A stretch of DNA of 64,000 bases from positions 69,682 to 133,681 of the forward strand of contig NMRA01000565.1 in the NCBI GenBank assembly GCA_002633005.1, read 5' to 3'. Below the pieces are notes generated by a model. The model was not told the origin of the DNA. It worked only from the letters and a program-made list of their open reading frames with translations, and did no database searches. This DNA comes from Phoronis australis. Lineage: Eukaryota > Animalia > Phoronida. The position numbers and the translations under genes were made by a program. Below, piece by piece: positions 38,140-50,900 of the stretch (positions within the stretch are counted from its first letter, which is position 1; every line of letters begins with the position of its first letter).

Positions 38140-38315
38140 ATTAATCCTTTCGATCCATCCAACAACCAGGATTTTAAATGTGTAAAAAGACCCAAACAAA
38201 TGTTTGTTGATGCTCTCCACCATATTTGAAATAACTGACGCCGCCTTACGGGAATTCACAAGAACTACACAGTTTTCAAGGGAGATCATTCGGGGTTGTA
38301 TCTCGGGTGACTGTT
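38140..38315 (-). promoter_or_regulatory. Putative non-coding first exon / promoter of CEP164
   Basis: The ATG exon is preceded by an acceptor (TTTTTAG at 35794). A candidate donor GTAAGC lies at 38134-38139, where CpG content rises, with a degenerate X-box-like GTATCTCGGGTGAC at 38298-38311. Inference only. Confidence 0.3.
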
Positions 38316-38504
38316 GTAAGCCTAATGTAGTTTTATTAGTAGTTGAAATTTAAAGAATAATCTATGTGATATTGTTAATTATGATCAGCGTTGATAAATC
38401 CTCCGAGTATGTCATTACGCACGGTTGTTTATGTTCAGTCAATTACCAATGATTGTAGTTTTTAAGTTATTTTAGTCATCGATTTTTAAAAATCAGTGAC
38501 CATG

Positions 38505-39000
38505 ACGGCCTGCCGTCGGTTCAGTGACTTTACCAGACGTAAAGAGTTGTGAGCGTGTGATAATATCTATCTTCTTTGTTAACTGCCAAGAATAGTCTTT
38601 TGTCTGGTATGACAACAGGCAGGTCAATTATCAACTTGAATACCAGGCTTATTACAGACCACGTGTGAATACGGGTTCGTTGTCGTAACTTCGGTTGTAG
38701 TTATGGGCAATGATTTTAGCAATTCAAAAACTAAACACTTGATCACCAAATGCTACTGGTTTATGTTCAAATATGCTATAACTTAACTTTTAGTTTAGCA
38801 GCACAGCCCGGCCAGTCAGGGTCAGGTATGATCTTACTGGAGATTGAGCAATCGAACAAAAGAGAGCTGACCCTCCAACCATATAAATGCCAGAATGGAG
38901 TTAATCAGTCGTGTAAAATGTTGGCTACAGGGGTGTTCTTCCCAACTTGTTGTTGGGCCATAGAATCGAACAAGTTGGGAGCAACGCGGTAAAACGCCGC
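38505..39000 (+). mobile_element. Diverged copy of the MITE at 55062-55587
   Basis: Collinear similarity from GTTCAGTGACTTTACCAGACG to ATAGAATCGAACAAGTTGGGAGCAACG. Confidence 0.8.
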
Positions 39001-39949
39001 GCATTCCAGCTGAATACCGCCGCGATGTTTATTTTGAACGAAAATTATTGGTTTATGCACCACCAGTTTGTACAGGCAGAGATGTTTATGGCCGGATAAT
39101 TGCACCATATTTTATTCTGTGTCTAACTCAAAATCCTGGCCCCGCCCCTGATTCCCGCATATCTTTAGAAATGCGCGTCTTCCTTCTTGTAATTCACAGC
39201 ATGTGATGATCTACAATGATGACTACGAAACGTTTGTGCCCTGACTCAGTGGTCAGGCGGGCCGGTGCATGCTCGTGTGCCGCGCCACTGCTGCGCCTGT
39301 GCATTAGTAGTATCCGACAGTGCACTCGGCGTCGCTATAATTAAGCCGAGAGCGGCGCCACCCGGGGCCGGCACAAAAGGCAGCCCGCGAGGCTTAGCGC
39401 ATCCATGCACATTACAGTTTCTGTAATAAACATTTAAAAAAGAACGTGTAAGTGTCATATGACGAGAAGGAACTCGCCTGTCGTGCTCAGACAATTGTCG
39501 ATGGCCAGAGAGGGATAATAAATCTATCGAAAATCATTGCTCACTTGACATATAATGAGGCTGCTCTTGTGAAAACTGCTACGGATGTCTAAACGCTCCG
39601 ACGTGTGTACTTTTGTATTTATATTTATATTTATGTTTAAGTTCTTTGTATTCTCCGTACTCAGTGTAGAATTAGCTTGTATTTTAGTTCTGTATTTTCA
39701 TTTTCTATATTTTAAATTTGTCGGAAAATAGTACTTGTGCTAACGTTTCATTGTTAAATCTCACCGATTTTGAATAAAGATTATTACTACTACAACTACC
39801 TGAGGCTCTGCCGCCGCGATCAAGGCTAACCAACAAATAATACCCATAATGCACAGCGTGCCGGTCTGACTCACCTGCTGACCTACTTTCGACTTCTCCA
39901 AAGGTGAGATAACCGTCATCGCAGGCTAGATGTGTTAAATAAGGAAAAA

Positions 39950-42900
39950 ATGCCTCTTCTGTCGAATTGTTGCTGTTGGGATTCGTTAAAGAAAGGGAGC
40001 ATTGCGTCAGGACTATACGGAATAGTGAGTACTTGACGAATTTTACTTTAAATATTATAAACAGTCAACAAATTTGTTGAAATGTTGAACAGGTTGTTGT
40101 CAAAATACCTGCAATTCTTCTTAAAGTAGGTCAGCACAAAATGCCCGCCTTGTGAAAGTATATGGCGAAAAATGTTCAGTTATATTGTACTGCTTTTATT
40201 GACAGTTCGCCGAGTTGTGAAGAAAAAAGGTATTGATATTAAATTGTGACCCACAGCTGGACGGTCCACTGTAATTCGTAAATTCACAAAGAACATGGCC
40301 TAATTCGCGATGAAGTCACATAGCTGTCTGTCGTCTTTCACGTTTTGTTCAAAATGGGTTCAACAACTAACAGTAACATTTGATCCATTCCGATCGTGAG
40401 ACTCACATTTCGTGTGTACATTTTAGATATATAGTGTCCCCTAAATGGCGTCTAAAAATGCCCAACGTTGCTTTTTACGGATGTTACCAGGTTAATAGAT
40501 GATTAATGCATCACTAGCTGGTAGGCACTACCCGTGTGATCCATCTTATTTGATAACTTGAAAACTTTGAGCCATTAAAAGAAAGTACTAAGGGGCCTCG
40601 TTATTGCGTTTTCATATCTAGACATCCCTGTGTATCAAAAGAAATTCCAAGATTCAAAGAGCAGAACCTTCAACCGAGTTCAACATTAAATGTGGGTGTT
40701 TTAAACTTCATATCAAGAAAAATTAGTGCCTTCACACAGGCGGATCTACAGGGGGGGGGGTCAGGGTACGATTAATCCCCAGGGACAGGATCAAAACTAA
40801 AAACTAAAAAAAACTTCGCCAGGAAAACGAAATCAGCTACAAAAACCACAGGAGGGGGAGGGGTTTCCCCCCGCTCGGCGCTACACGCCTCGGATTTGCG
40901 CCAATCCTAAATCCCCCGTACTGAAAACGTAGATGTGCCACTGAACTTCTGTAGAATTTCTATCAGTTTGCCGTCCTTGCGTATTTCCTTTTGGCGCTAA
41001 ACCAAATTGAAACCTGCTGATCAAAAATAGATATCACGAAAAAAGCTGAGAGGAAATACACATAGCATTCGAAGATTCAATAAACCGTATTCCACTGTAT
41101 CAAGCTAAAGATGTCCTTGATTAGCGTTAGGAATGTTTTTACAGCTGCAGACAATGCAGTTGTAGAAGGCGTGTTTTGAGGACACGAACCAGACGTACGC
41201 AGTTTGATCTGGCATTGTGGGAAATAAGTGAAGCCCGTTGTCTGTTGTTCTGCAGTTGTGACAAAGATATTGTAGTTATACTTTATAGCGCCATTGGTTG
41301 GTCAATAGCACTTGTGAAATATCAATTTTACTGATTTAAAAGTTTGCAGTATCTTTCGTTATTAAATCCCTGTGGTGAATACGACAGTGGTGATTACAGT
41401 TGACGCCTTTTATTCAATGGAAAAATGGTTCTCAAAGTGCAGGAATCCTGCACATGACTGTTACCAAATTTTGAACGCTTTAATAATGTGACCAGTATTT
41501 CAAAAATTCTCTCTTGGCAATTATGTATTTTTCGGCAAAGGAGAGGGATTGCCGTACCACTTATTGTGGCAAACGTGTCCTTCAGTTTTGTGATAAAATT
41601 TCAACATTTTCAAAACTAGACACTGAATGCATTGGCAATGTCTTCTTAAATCCGCTTTGAGGTGGTGACATCATTTCTAAAACCTGTTGGCCTGTTTACA
41701 CTAACCTTTAGCCTACTTACAGTGCCACTACGTTTCGGTCAGTCATTTCTCCGAACTTCAGTGTGTACCAAACACCCGTGCTGGTTCTTCTGGGCTCAGG
41801 GGGCTCGAAGAATCCCCACCCCCATTTGGCGAAGTGGGAGAGAGAAACAAAAACTCCGAAAAAAGCAGAAAACGAGACAAAACTCCATTAAAAGGCAGGA
41901 ACCACTAAAATCCGGCGAATGCGGTACAATTCATAGTTCTGGACGTACCCCGTGAATCTTAGTAAAAGGTCCACATTCAAATTTGAGCCCCCCATTTTTA
42001 TGCTCCCGCATATTTATATGTGGATGTATATTGCCGTCATATCTGCCTGGGCGTCCGGCGTCGGCGGATATATCTCTTAAACCTCTTTCAGGATCTTATT
42101 GAAATTTGGCAGATGTGTTCCTATGGGGTTGACGACAGAGAGCGACGAGTTTTTGACCGACCTGAATACCGCTGTGCCCCCTAGTGGCAATTTTAGTTTT
42201 TTACGTTTACGTCTGTATCCTCAACCGATTTTCATGAAATTTGGCACATCCGGGCATCTACTAATGAGTTGACGCTATCCTCCCGCTTTTGGACGGATTC
42301 GAGGCATTTTGCGCCATCTCGTGGCCATTTTTACTATTTTTAAGTCCGTTGTTTGGCGTCCGGCCCTCTGTCAACCAAACCACTCTAAGGATGATTGCGA
42401 AAATTGGCATGTATGTTCTTACAATGAAGAGGACGGCTGACGATGATTTTCTGATTTCGACTAATGTGGCGCCGCCTAGTGGCAGCTTTGTTTGTTTTTG
42501 CGCCCATGGCTGTATCTTCTAAACGCTCTACAGGATCTTTATTAAATGTAGCAAATGTGTTTAAAAAAGTTAACAACAGAAGACGACAACTTTCTGACTA
42601 GTCCGACTAAGATTTCCCTCTAGTGACAATATAATGTTTTCTGTTTCCCTCTGTTTCTCTGAAGTTCCTTGACGAAATTTCATGAAATTTGTTAAATAGT
42701 TTATTTCAGAGAAACGCTGACATTTTCCCGTTTTCAGACGGATTCGACATATTTTGCGCCATCTAGTGGCCATTTTTTCTGTTTTCTAGTCTGTTTTTGT
42801 CGTCCGCCCTCTTTCAACCAAACCACTCTTAGGATGATTGTAAAAATTGGCTTTTATATTATTAGTGTGAAGAGGACGGTTGACGATGATTTTCCTGCTT

Positions 42901-45900
42901 CAAATACTGCGGCGCCTCCTAGTGGCAGTTTTTGCGCCTCAGCTGTATCTCCTAGGCAGTCTGCAGAATGGTTATTAAATTTAGCAAGTGTATGTATACG
43001 ACATTGACAACGGAAGACGGCAACTTTCAGACGGATCTGATGAACCTTTGTAACCAAGTAGCAATTTCATTTTTTCTGTTTTGCTAAAGTTTCTTGACAA
43101 ATTTTCATGAAATGTGGTAACTAGCTTTCTGTTAAAAACAGTGACATTTTCCATTTTTTTGACGGATTCGAAATATTTTGCACTATCTAGTAGCCATTTT
43201 TATGATACAAATAAACACTCTAGAAGCACACCGTTTGCAGTGCATTCGTGGGCGCATTTCAACGCTCCGCGTTGCTCTTGTTAAGCTGGTTGCGCGCATG
43301 CAGAGTGTACTTAATTTGCAGTAACCTTTAAAAAACAACGTGTAAGAAGTTAATTTTGTGAATTAAATGAAATGAAGATATGGACGCGGCGAAAGCATGA
43401 CGCGGAAATGGAGGAATATGCACAATGTTCAATTTTTTTGCCCAGAGGGGACCCCGTGTTTTCCTGGCCATAAGCAAAGACAATTTGTAGGTTGTATTCA
43501 TCCAACTTCATTCCAAGCTAAAGAGTGAACCACTTGTTGCGTTTATTGACACTTGCATCTTCGTTTCAGCTCACATCTCTGGGTCAATGTGGAGTGGCAG
43601 GGTATGCGCTGTTCAGGGCTTACGCCATCGCCCAAGACTTGGCCGAGTTCCAGTTCTATAACCACTTTCCCATTGGTGAGAAAAATCAAGTTTTACTTGG
43701 TATTAGGTTGCGGAAATATAGAAAAATATTATTTTTCTTGACTACTATCCGGCAAGCCTTTAAATGACTAGAAACAATTCCAGAAAATTCACGGCAAATC
43801 TTGAAAAGTTAAATTTATTAACTCACGTTTGTGTTGCATGTGCACCTTGGTGTGTAGTGTCGCTCTAAGCTTTCAACGCGTTGTTACATTAGCCACAAAA
43901 CACAGTTTTACTGTGGGATTACCCGAACAGACCGGCTGGATCTCGGGTATTACTAGTGCAAGAATGGCATGGTGTCGGTAAATCGCCTCCGTAAATGTGT
44001 TAAAATGATCAATGAGAGTGTCAAAGAAGTGCGCCTATTTTTTCAGGATGCTTTGTGTATTTCTGGATGGGGTTGGTTTGGGCCGGTGGAAACGTCTTGC
44101 TCTCGATCCTGCTTCTTATAGGCGTTGACAGGGTACGTATACATGTCTACATTTGTAGTTTATTCAGAAAAATTAATGGCTACATTTCGCAAAAAATTGT
44201 AGGAGCTGACTTACAGCATTAGACAAATGGCCGTACTGAACCAACGGCGACGTTTTTCGGTTGTGCAACCGCCTGAACCCGCCGAACATTGTAGATCCCT
44301 CGCTGCATGTTTCCCCCAAGCCTCTCAGGTATTGGGGGGACAATTCAGACATTAATTGAAAAGGTCACTGTTTCAAAAGGCAACAAAGTAACATCAAAGA
44401 TAGAGATGGTATGACCTACTTCTTCATTAACTTCAAAGGTATATATATTTAAGTACCCATGAACACCATTTAGGGCCTAACATTATAAAAGCCAGTCTCG
44501 GCAATATTAACACGGTGGCCATTTTGCATAAATAATCTCTGAAATAACCCACAAAGTTACAATAAACATCCAAGATCTACCCCACTCATCACATTCACTT
44601 ATGTTTGACGTATGTCTCTTGATAAAAAGTGCGTCACGTGTGATGGTCCGTTGTCAAAACTGTCTGCTGGAAACCACAGAGAATTAACGTGTCACATTAT
44701 TTGTCGTTTCTTTTTTAGGGTTACAGCGGTCGCTACTTCATATATATGTGGTTGTTCTCGTTCTCGCTCCTGCGGTTCGTGTTAGTTGCCGCCGTCATTA
44801 TCTATCTGGTTTGGTTAGACCATCGCATCTACGTAAGTGTTTTCTAGTGTATAAATAGGCTCTACAGCATAACAGCTATGTCTTATATAAAGTCTTAAAA
44901 CCAGAAATGGAGTAACAAACTAAGTTACATCATCAGCGGCAGGTCATGAATTTAAAGCCCTTCACGTAAACGACATTTGATTCAAATTTCAAAACAAACC
45001 CTCTGTATTCTTGTTCTACCATTTAGGGAAAGATAAACACGGGACTTCTCTGTAAATCTATATTACTACATAGAGAAGACTGTCTTTCATTTACTTTCAA
45101 ACTTCGAGAAATTCGACCGTCAAAAATCGACTTCTCGATACAAATGTACAGGTATATAAAAACAATCAATACAGTAAACAGAAAGAAAACTGTATTTGCG
45201 CATTGAGATTGAACAGCAAAAATGTAAACTGTTAAAACATGTAATTTACTCTTTTAGTTGACCAGAGCTTTCTTTTAGTAACTCCAGATATTCACATTTA
45301 TAGCAAGTCAATGAAAATGTTTCACAAAAAAGAATCAGCAGGCGTCGAACAATTGCTTTTTATTCCGACGCACCGACATCGGTTTACTTTTATGCACTGG
45401 TATTCAAAATACTACCATATACAACTATGGCTTGACAATGAATAAATAGAATGAATGGTGATTAACTGTGAGTGACCAGATCTACGGTTGAATTTTTGAG
45501 ATTGATCACAAATCGCTGGCTATTCGCTGAAATTAAGGCCTATGACTTTACCAGTTAAACACGCTTGAAACACACCGCCATTACTTGAGTGAGGATTCGC
45601 CAGCAGAACGTTGGGCTGTCACCATTGAGGTTGAGGGATAGATTACGCGATAACGCTGTTCTGAGAAAACCATTTTTCTCGCCGATAAGGTCATTTTAAA
45701 CAAGTAAAATTCCTATCTGAATGCACTTGAATGCAGCCCCTCGCACTGATGCTATTGGGAGAACCAATAGCTTTTCGATAGCCTCAATTACTAAAACATG
45801 CGGGAAAACTGAACTAGCATCAAGCTTTGTCAAATTGTACAGTGCATGAATATGGAGCAAACGTTCAACTTCTTCTGTTTCAGGACATCATGTTTCTTAA

Positions 45901-46314
45901 TAACGCCTTGGTCTTTGGATTTGTCTATGGCTGTTTGGATACTATAACGACGGTGAGTTAAGAGGCCAACATAAAAGCTTTTGTAAGACATACTAAGTCT
46001 CGGAAAATGAAAATTACTTCCCTAAGCACGTGAGTTAGTATCCATGATTTTCATTCTTGTGAAAAAGGTTTTCCTTAATATTGTCTGTCAAAACTAAGGT
46101 TAAATTTTCAAATTAACCATGAATTTCTTGGTAGGTTATCGCCATTATCTGTGTGTATTCATACTACCAAGAGTGCGACGAAAAAGTTAACGGCAAGGCA
46201 AGACGGACAAAATTCGCTTTATGGATGTTCGACCGTGAGATGTCAGTGCAGGTCAACCCCTCTGTGAGTGGAAGTCGGCGAACAAGTCACGGATCGAATT
46301 ATTTGCTAAACTGA
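39950..46314 (+). CDS. Four-transmembrane protein, LAPTM/pasiflora-like, 209 aa, 6 exons
   Basis: GT-AG phase-consistent exons 39950-40024, 43570-43675, 44047-44132, 44719-44832, 45884-45952, 46135-46314. Protein MPLLSNCCCWDSLKKGSIASGLYGILTSLGQCG...SILLLIGVDRGYSGRYFIYMWLFSF...IICVYSYYQECDEK...NYLLN*, with four hydrophobic segments and the CCC..SLK.G and CVYSYYQ motifs. AATAAA at 46824. Confidence 0.85.
40735..40943. mobile_element. Related GGCGGATC-ended MITE copy
   Basis: CAGGCGGATCTAC ... GTAGATGTGCCACTG imperfect termini with G/C runs. Confidence 0.5.
41995..43282 (-). mobile_element. HINE/pearl-like element, copy 2 (inverted relative to copy 1)
   Basis: GGGCGCATTTCAACGCTCCGCGTTGCTCTTGTT at the right end is the reverse complement of the copy-1 start; same core repeats; 3' palindrome at ~42000-42030. 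Confidence 0.78.
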
Positions 46315-47987
46315 GGACAAGTCACAAATACGTTTATTCTTTGTGAAAATGAATTCTCATAGTCGTCTTTACGTCTGGTATATTTGAAAGCCCCTTTCGG
46401 GTGTGCTGTTGATATGAAACTCTAGCCTGCTCTTCATTGGATGAAGTCTGATGTGGAAAACTTTCTGTTTGTATTGCATTGTTACTTCGACCTCCTAGGC
46501 AGGCCTCCCAAGAACATTTTTAATCTTATATTTTATGTATGTGAATAAGAGAGTTGAAATATTTTGCAACAAAAATATCTCATAAAAATTGCCTGTAAAT
46601 ATGGAAACTTTTCACTAGAAATATTGATTTTTATCTAATCAGCAGTTACGATTTTATTTTAAGAACTCAATATAACAACAACTGTTTTCAGACTATTAAA
46701 AAGGATAATCTACATTCTAATTCCTTATCCCACACCTTATTGTAGAACTACTGGACTGTAAATAATTCATAGCGTGTAAAGTAGATCCACTCGCTTGTTA
46801 GGTTTGTAACACTATACTATGTAAATAAAACTTTATAGAAATGAGCAATTTTTGACTCTCGCTGTTGCAAACCTAGTGTACCATCAGTCATGGCACTGAA
46901 TTAAAACAAAAACGGCAAGATAGAGTAACACTTTATTGAATGTTCATTATGTCAGTATCGCAAGAACGACCGAAAAATCTTGATACTAGCTTTTAGTAAG
47001 AACGTACAGCTTTCAAAAACATCCCATTGGTCGAGTGTCAGCGGAATGCAAATAGCAACATAGATCAGTGGAGGCAGGGAGACTCTGGAACCCATTGTCA
47101 AAAAGAATACCTGCGGGAACATTAGTTTCGGTGAATCTATGCCATGATTACGTAAAGCTGCTGATTAGGTTAGTCTCGGAGCAAAATTACCATATTTGGT
47201 CGACAGTCGGGCGGTTAGGCTGGGCGTCGACGTCAGAAATCACTAATCGATGCACCGTTTGATAAAGTTAAAATTACTCCGTCATCCGGCCGATTTGTCG
47301 CCTCAATCACCTGACGCCGGTAGATCATCGGGTAATGCTATTCGATAGACCTATCGGCCGACAATCGCTCGCGTTCACTTGTCATCAACGTTGGAGTAGC
47401 ATCGATTTCACATATTTTAATGTAACTGCTACTCCGTGCCAAGCAAAAATAGTATAGCCTCAGTAGGCAAAGATTGGCCAAGCGTCGTCCAAAATAGACC
47501 AAGGTATAATACGAGACCGTGCTAAGACAGCAGAGAATATGCCGACGCACGAAGTTTATGAATTATACAAATCGGGCCACGTGAGAAAATCGTCTGGGCA
47601 CGGGAAGATTCTAACTTTGCCCGATTATGAATGATCGATATCATTTTGTCGCCGACGCCCGGCCGTTAGCTTTGACTGTTGACTTTATGTGACCGAGGTA
47701 TTACCAACCTAAGCATGCTTAACACTGTAGCATGGACACGAGTGGCCATGGGCATACTGACACCATTGATACCCAAATTATTTAATCAAACTAGCTCTAC
47801 CGAGACTTCAGAGAATTATTTGCAATGAACAAGTATGTCTTATTAGGCAAACTACTCAATCTACAAACCTTACTTGTGAAGACTCAACAACAGGACAGCC
47901 AACGGGTGAGCCTGGACATGCTTGTGACAATTTGAACACTTGCAATACATAACTACTTCCTAACAGCATACGTAAATTTAAAATCAT

Positions 47988-50900
47988 TTAACTGTACAAG
48001 TCGCGATCTCCCTGTCTTGTTTTGCGTCCGTAGTCCAATTCTGCGCCCCCTGTTAACGGGATGTCAGAACCCGTGCAAAAAGTGGCATCAGCAGCGAGGA
48101 AAAGACACGTCATGCCACACTCCTCAATAGTACCGAAACGTCCAAGTAACTAAAACGATGAAAAGGTAGACTATTTTGAATACTTACCCAGAACTTTCCA
48201 CATTTACAGTCCCTAAGAAACACTGGTATTTTTAAATCGACTAATTCCAAGTTGTCGCAGGGAAGTCTTTACGCCTAACATATTCCAATGCTTTTATCAA
48301 GTCCATTTGTTAGGTACACGGAGGGTCTCATATTTGTATTCTTTAACAAGTCCAAAACATACGCCTAACACAGAAAAAACAGTGATATTCAACTCCAGCA
48401 ACGGCGTTTCCGTATCTGTCAGTTTTTGAATTCTCCAGCAGCATTTTTTGATAGTAAAAACCCGACCGACCAATAAAATGAAAAGGAGATTACGTGGATG
48501 TGTAAACTCTTCCATTGCATACGCTTCGGACTTCAAAAATGCGTAGACCGAGAGACGTTTTATTCTATCTCTTATAATTTATTTGCTTAGTTTTTGTTTT
48601 GTAAATTGAGAAGTGATAATACTGACCATGTTCTACACAAAGCCGTGTTTATAAGATATCTCATCGTGGTTTCCTTTATGACAACTTTATATTACATACC
48701 TGAGCGTCGAACCCGGCTTGTTTCATCTTTTCTGGATCTTCGGCTTGGTCTAGTTGAGTTTGCCACATATTGGTCATGATGTTACCCGGAGAGATGCTAA
48801 ATTGTTAAGAACATAATTGTTAACCTCTATGGACTTTCATCATATTGTTAACTCATATCCTTTAGAATATTTTATTATTTATCCCATACGCGTTGAATCA
48901 GTCGAGTGCAATACGGCCACGTGATATTGTTTTCCGTATTCGGCACCTCCCACACTACTTCAACAGTGCCCTGACATGTTCAAAAGGTAGGCTGATGTCG
49001 ACTCGACGTCGTTCGCCTGTTCAATCATCAAACTTTAAAGTAATACAATGGCAGCAGCACTATAAATAACACTTGACATGCCATCAGGTCCCAGACGTAA
49101 AATCTGGTACAAAACAGTCAATTATAAGACACTTCTATCTCGGTTTCCAATTGCTAAATATTATATCGTCTGCAACTCAGGCGCCGATTCCTCGGTAACT
49201 ACAATATCGAATATTATTGTAATTTAACAATTTTCAGGAAATGTTACAAGTTCAAAGCACAATTTCCGTTGTTTTCATTTTTCTTATCTCTTCAAGTAAG
49301 AAATCGTTTCATTTAAAACTGTTTCTTTTATACTAGAGAAAACTTATAACCTGTCGCGCAAGTACATACATATATGATGTGATCCGCTACGTGAACAGTC
49401 TGGGTGAAGTAGTTCAAAAACCAACAGAAAAATGGAAGAAACTCAGGAATTCGAAGCGTGAGGGATAAATACAAAACGCACCTCGATTGGCCGAGATGAA
49501 GTAATATTCGGTCTTGGTCGATACGCGGAATAATGTCTCGTGGGATATGACTTCATCTACGCCACTCTCGGTACGTTTGGTGTATGCAATAGGGTGAAAT
49601 GACAGGGCGGGGGTGGGTGGAAAGAAAGAGAATTTGTGACGTGCAATGTATTGCTTAACACAAATTATAAACTAACATAATTATCCTTTTTTCAAAATGC
49701 GTACAAACAATAGTCAATGTCTTTCCAAATAGGTTAGAGACCGATTGATACGCAACTAAACGTAAAACAACCCTACTGGCCTCAGTATAGTGTTCATTTC
49801 ACTAACAAGTTCACCAACATTTGAAGCTGTTGCAGTGCCACCTTCCGTCAAAGTATCTACTCTTGATCTGGACCTCTTAATCTCCTTTCGCACATTGCCG
49901 ATTCGGACGCGAGTACAGCGCTGTTCCGTAATCCGCCACGAGACGGTTAAAAACCGCGTTGTGCAAACACGGACTCGTGTCTGTGGAAGGGCGGGAGGTT
50001 GGGTCCCACTAAATTCGCCTATGTTTTAGTGCGTGTAAAATCGTGCTTTCTAGAGAGGCCGGGGGTCAAAGCTTGCTGTTTGCGTAGACTTTCATCGTCA
50101 TCAGTTGCGATCAAAGACATCTTAATACATGATGTCTATGGTTGCGATGCAAAAAGATTAAACTTGACATTTCTTCACACTGTAACAATTCTTTGACGAA
50201 GAAACATTACTGGATTACTTTCGTAGTGACTGACCCACTTGTATGTACCAACTCGACACATACGTGAACATTCCAACGAAATAGACAACCCGTTTTTTCG
50301 TCTTCTTTGTTTTGATTTTGAAAAATATCAACATATCTGTACACGTTAGAGAGAATGGGGGCGATTGGAAATAGGCAAGTTTTGTATAGTCTTGGCAATG
50401 GAAATAATTTTTGTGACTGACCCTAATAAGAAATTATATGAAAATGCCATGGTGAGTATCCCTGTCTGTCTTGCAAAAGCCGTACTTAGCTAATAACCTT
50501 TATACCACTGAGAGCATATCAATTTCTCAGTCTTCCGTTTCCATGGCGACATCACGTACTGGTATAATGCTATAACGTTAAAGACAAGTGTTCCTTAAAT
50601 ATTTAGCCCAATATATAGAATTATGGTATTGGTGCGGGCCCCTGAAGGCGCGGGACCTTGGATACGTGTCCTAAGCGCTCTTTGTTTAACACGGTCCTTT
50701 ACAAATCTGAGTAAGGAATTGAAGCCCCTTTTATATCGGGAAGTGATCTAAATCAAACGCTAGGACAAAACTGGTGGCGATCCGGGTGGTGTGGACTACG
50801 GATGAGGACATGGCACATGGGACAAATTGGTGTCGACTGGGACGGAAGTGAGGCCGGGAGTAGAGGTTATTGGGCAAATTCGTTTTCACACTTCCTCAGT

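Noticed and set aside
50537-50550. RFX X-box-like GTTTCCATGGCGAC
   Set aside because: Isolated match deep in an HSD17B14 intron with no promoter evidence; expected by chance at this scale.
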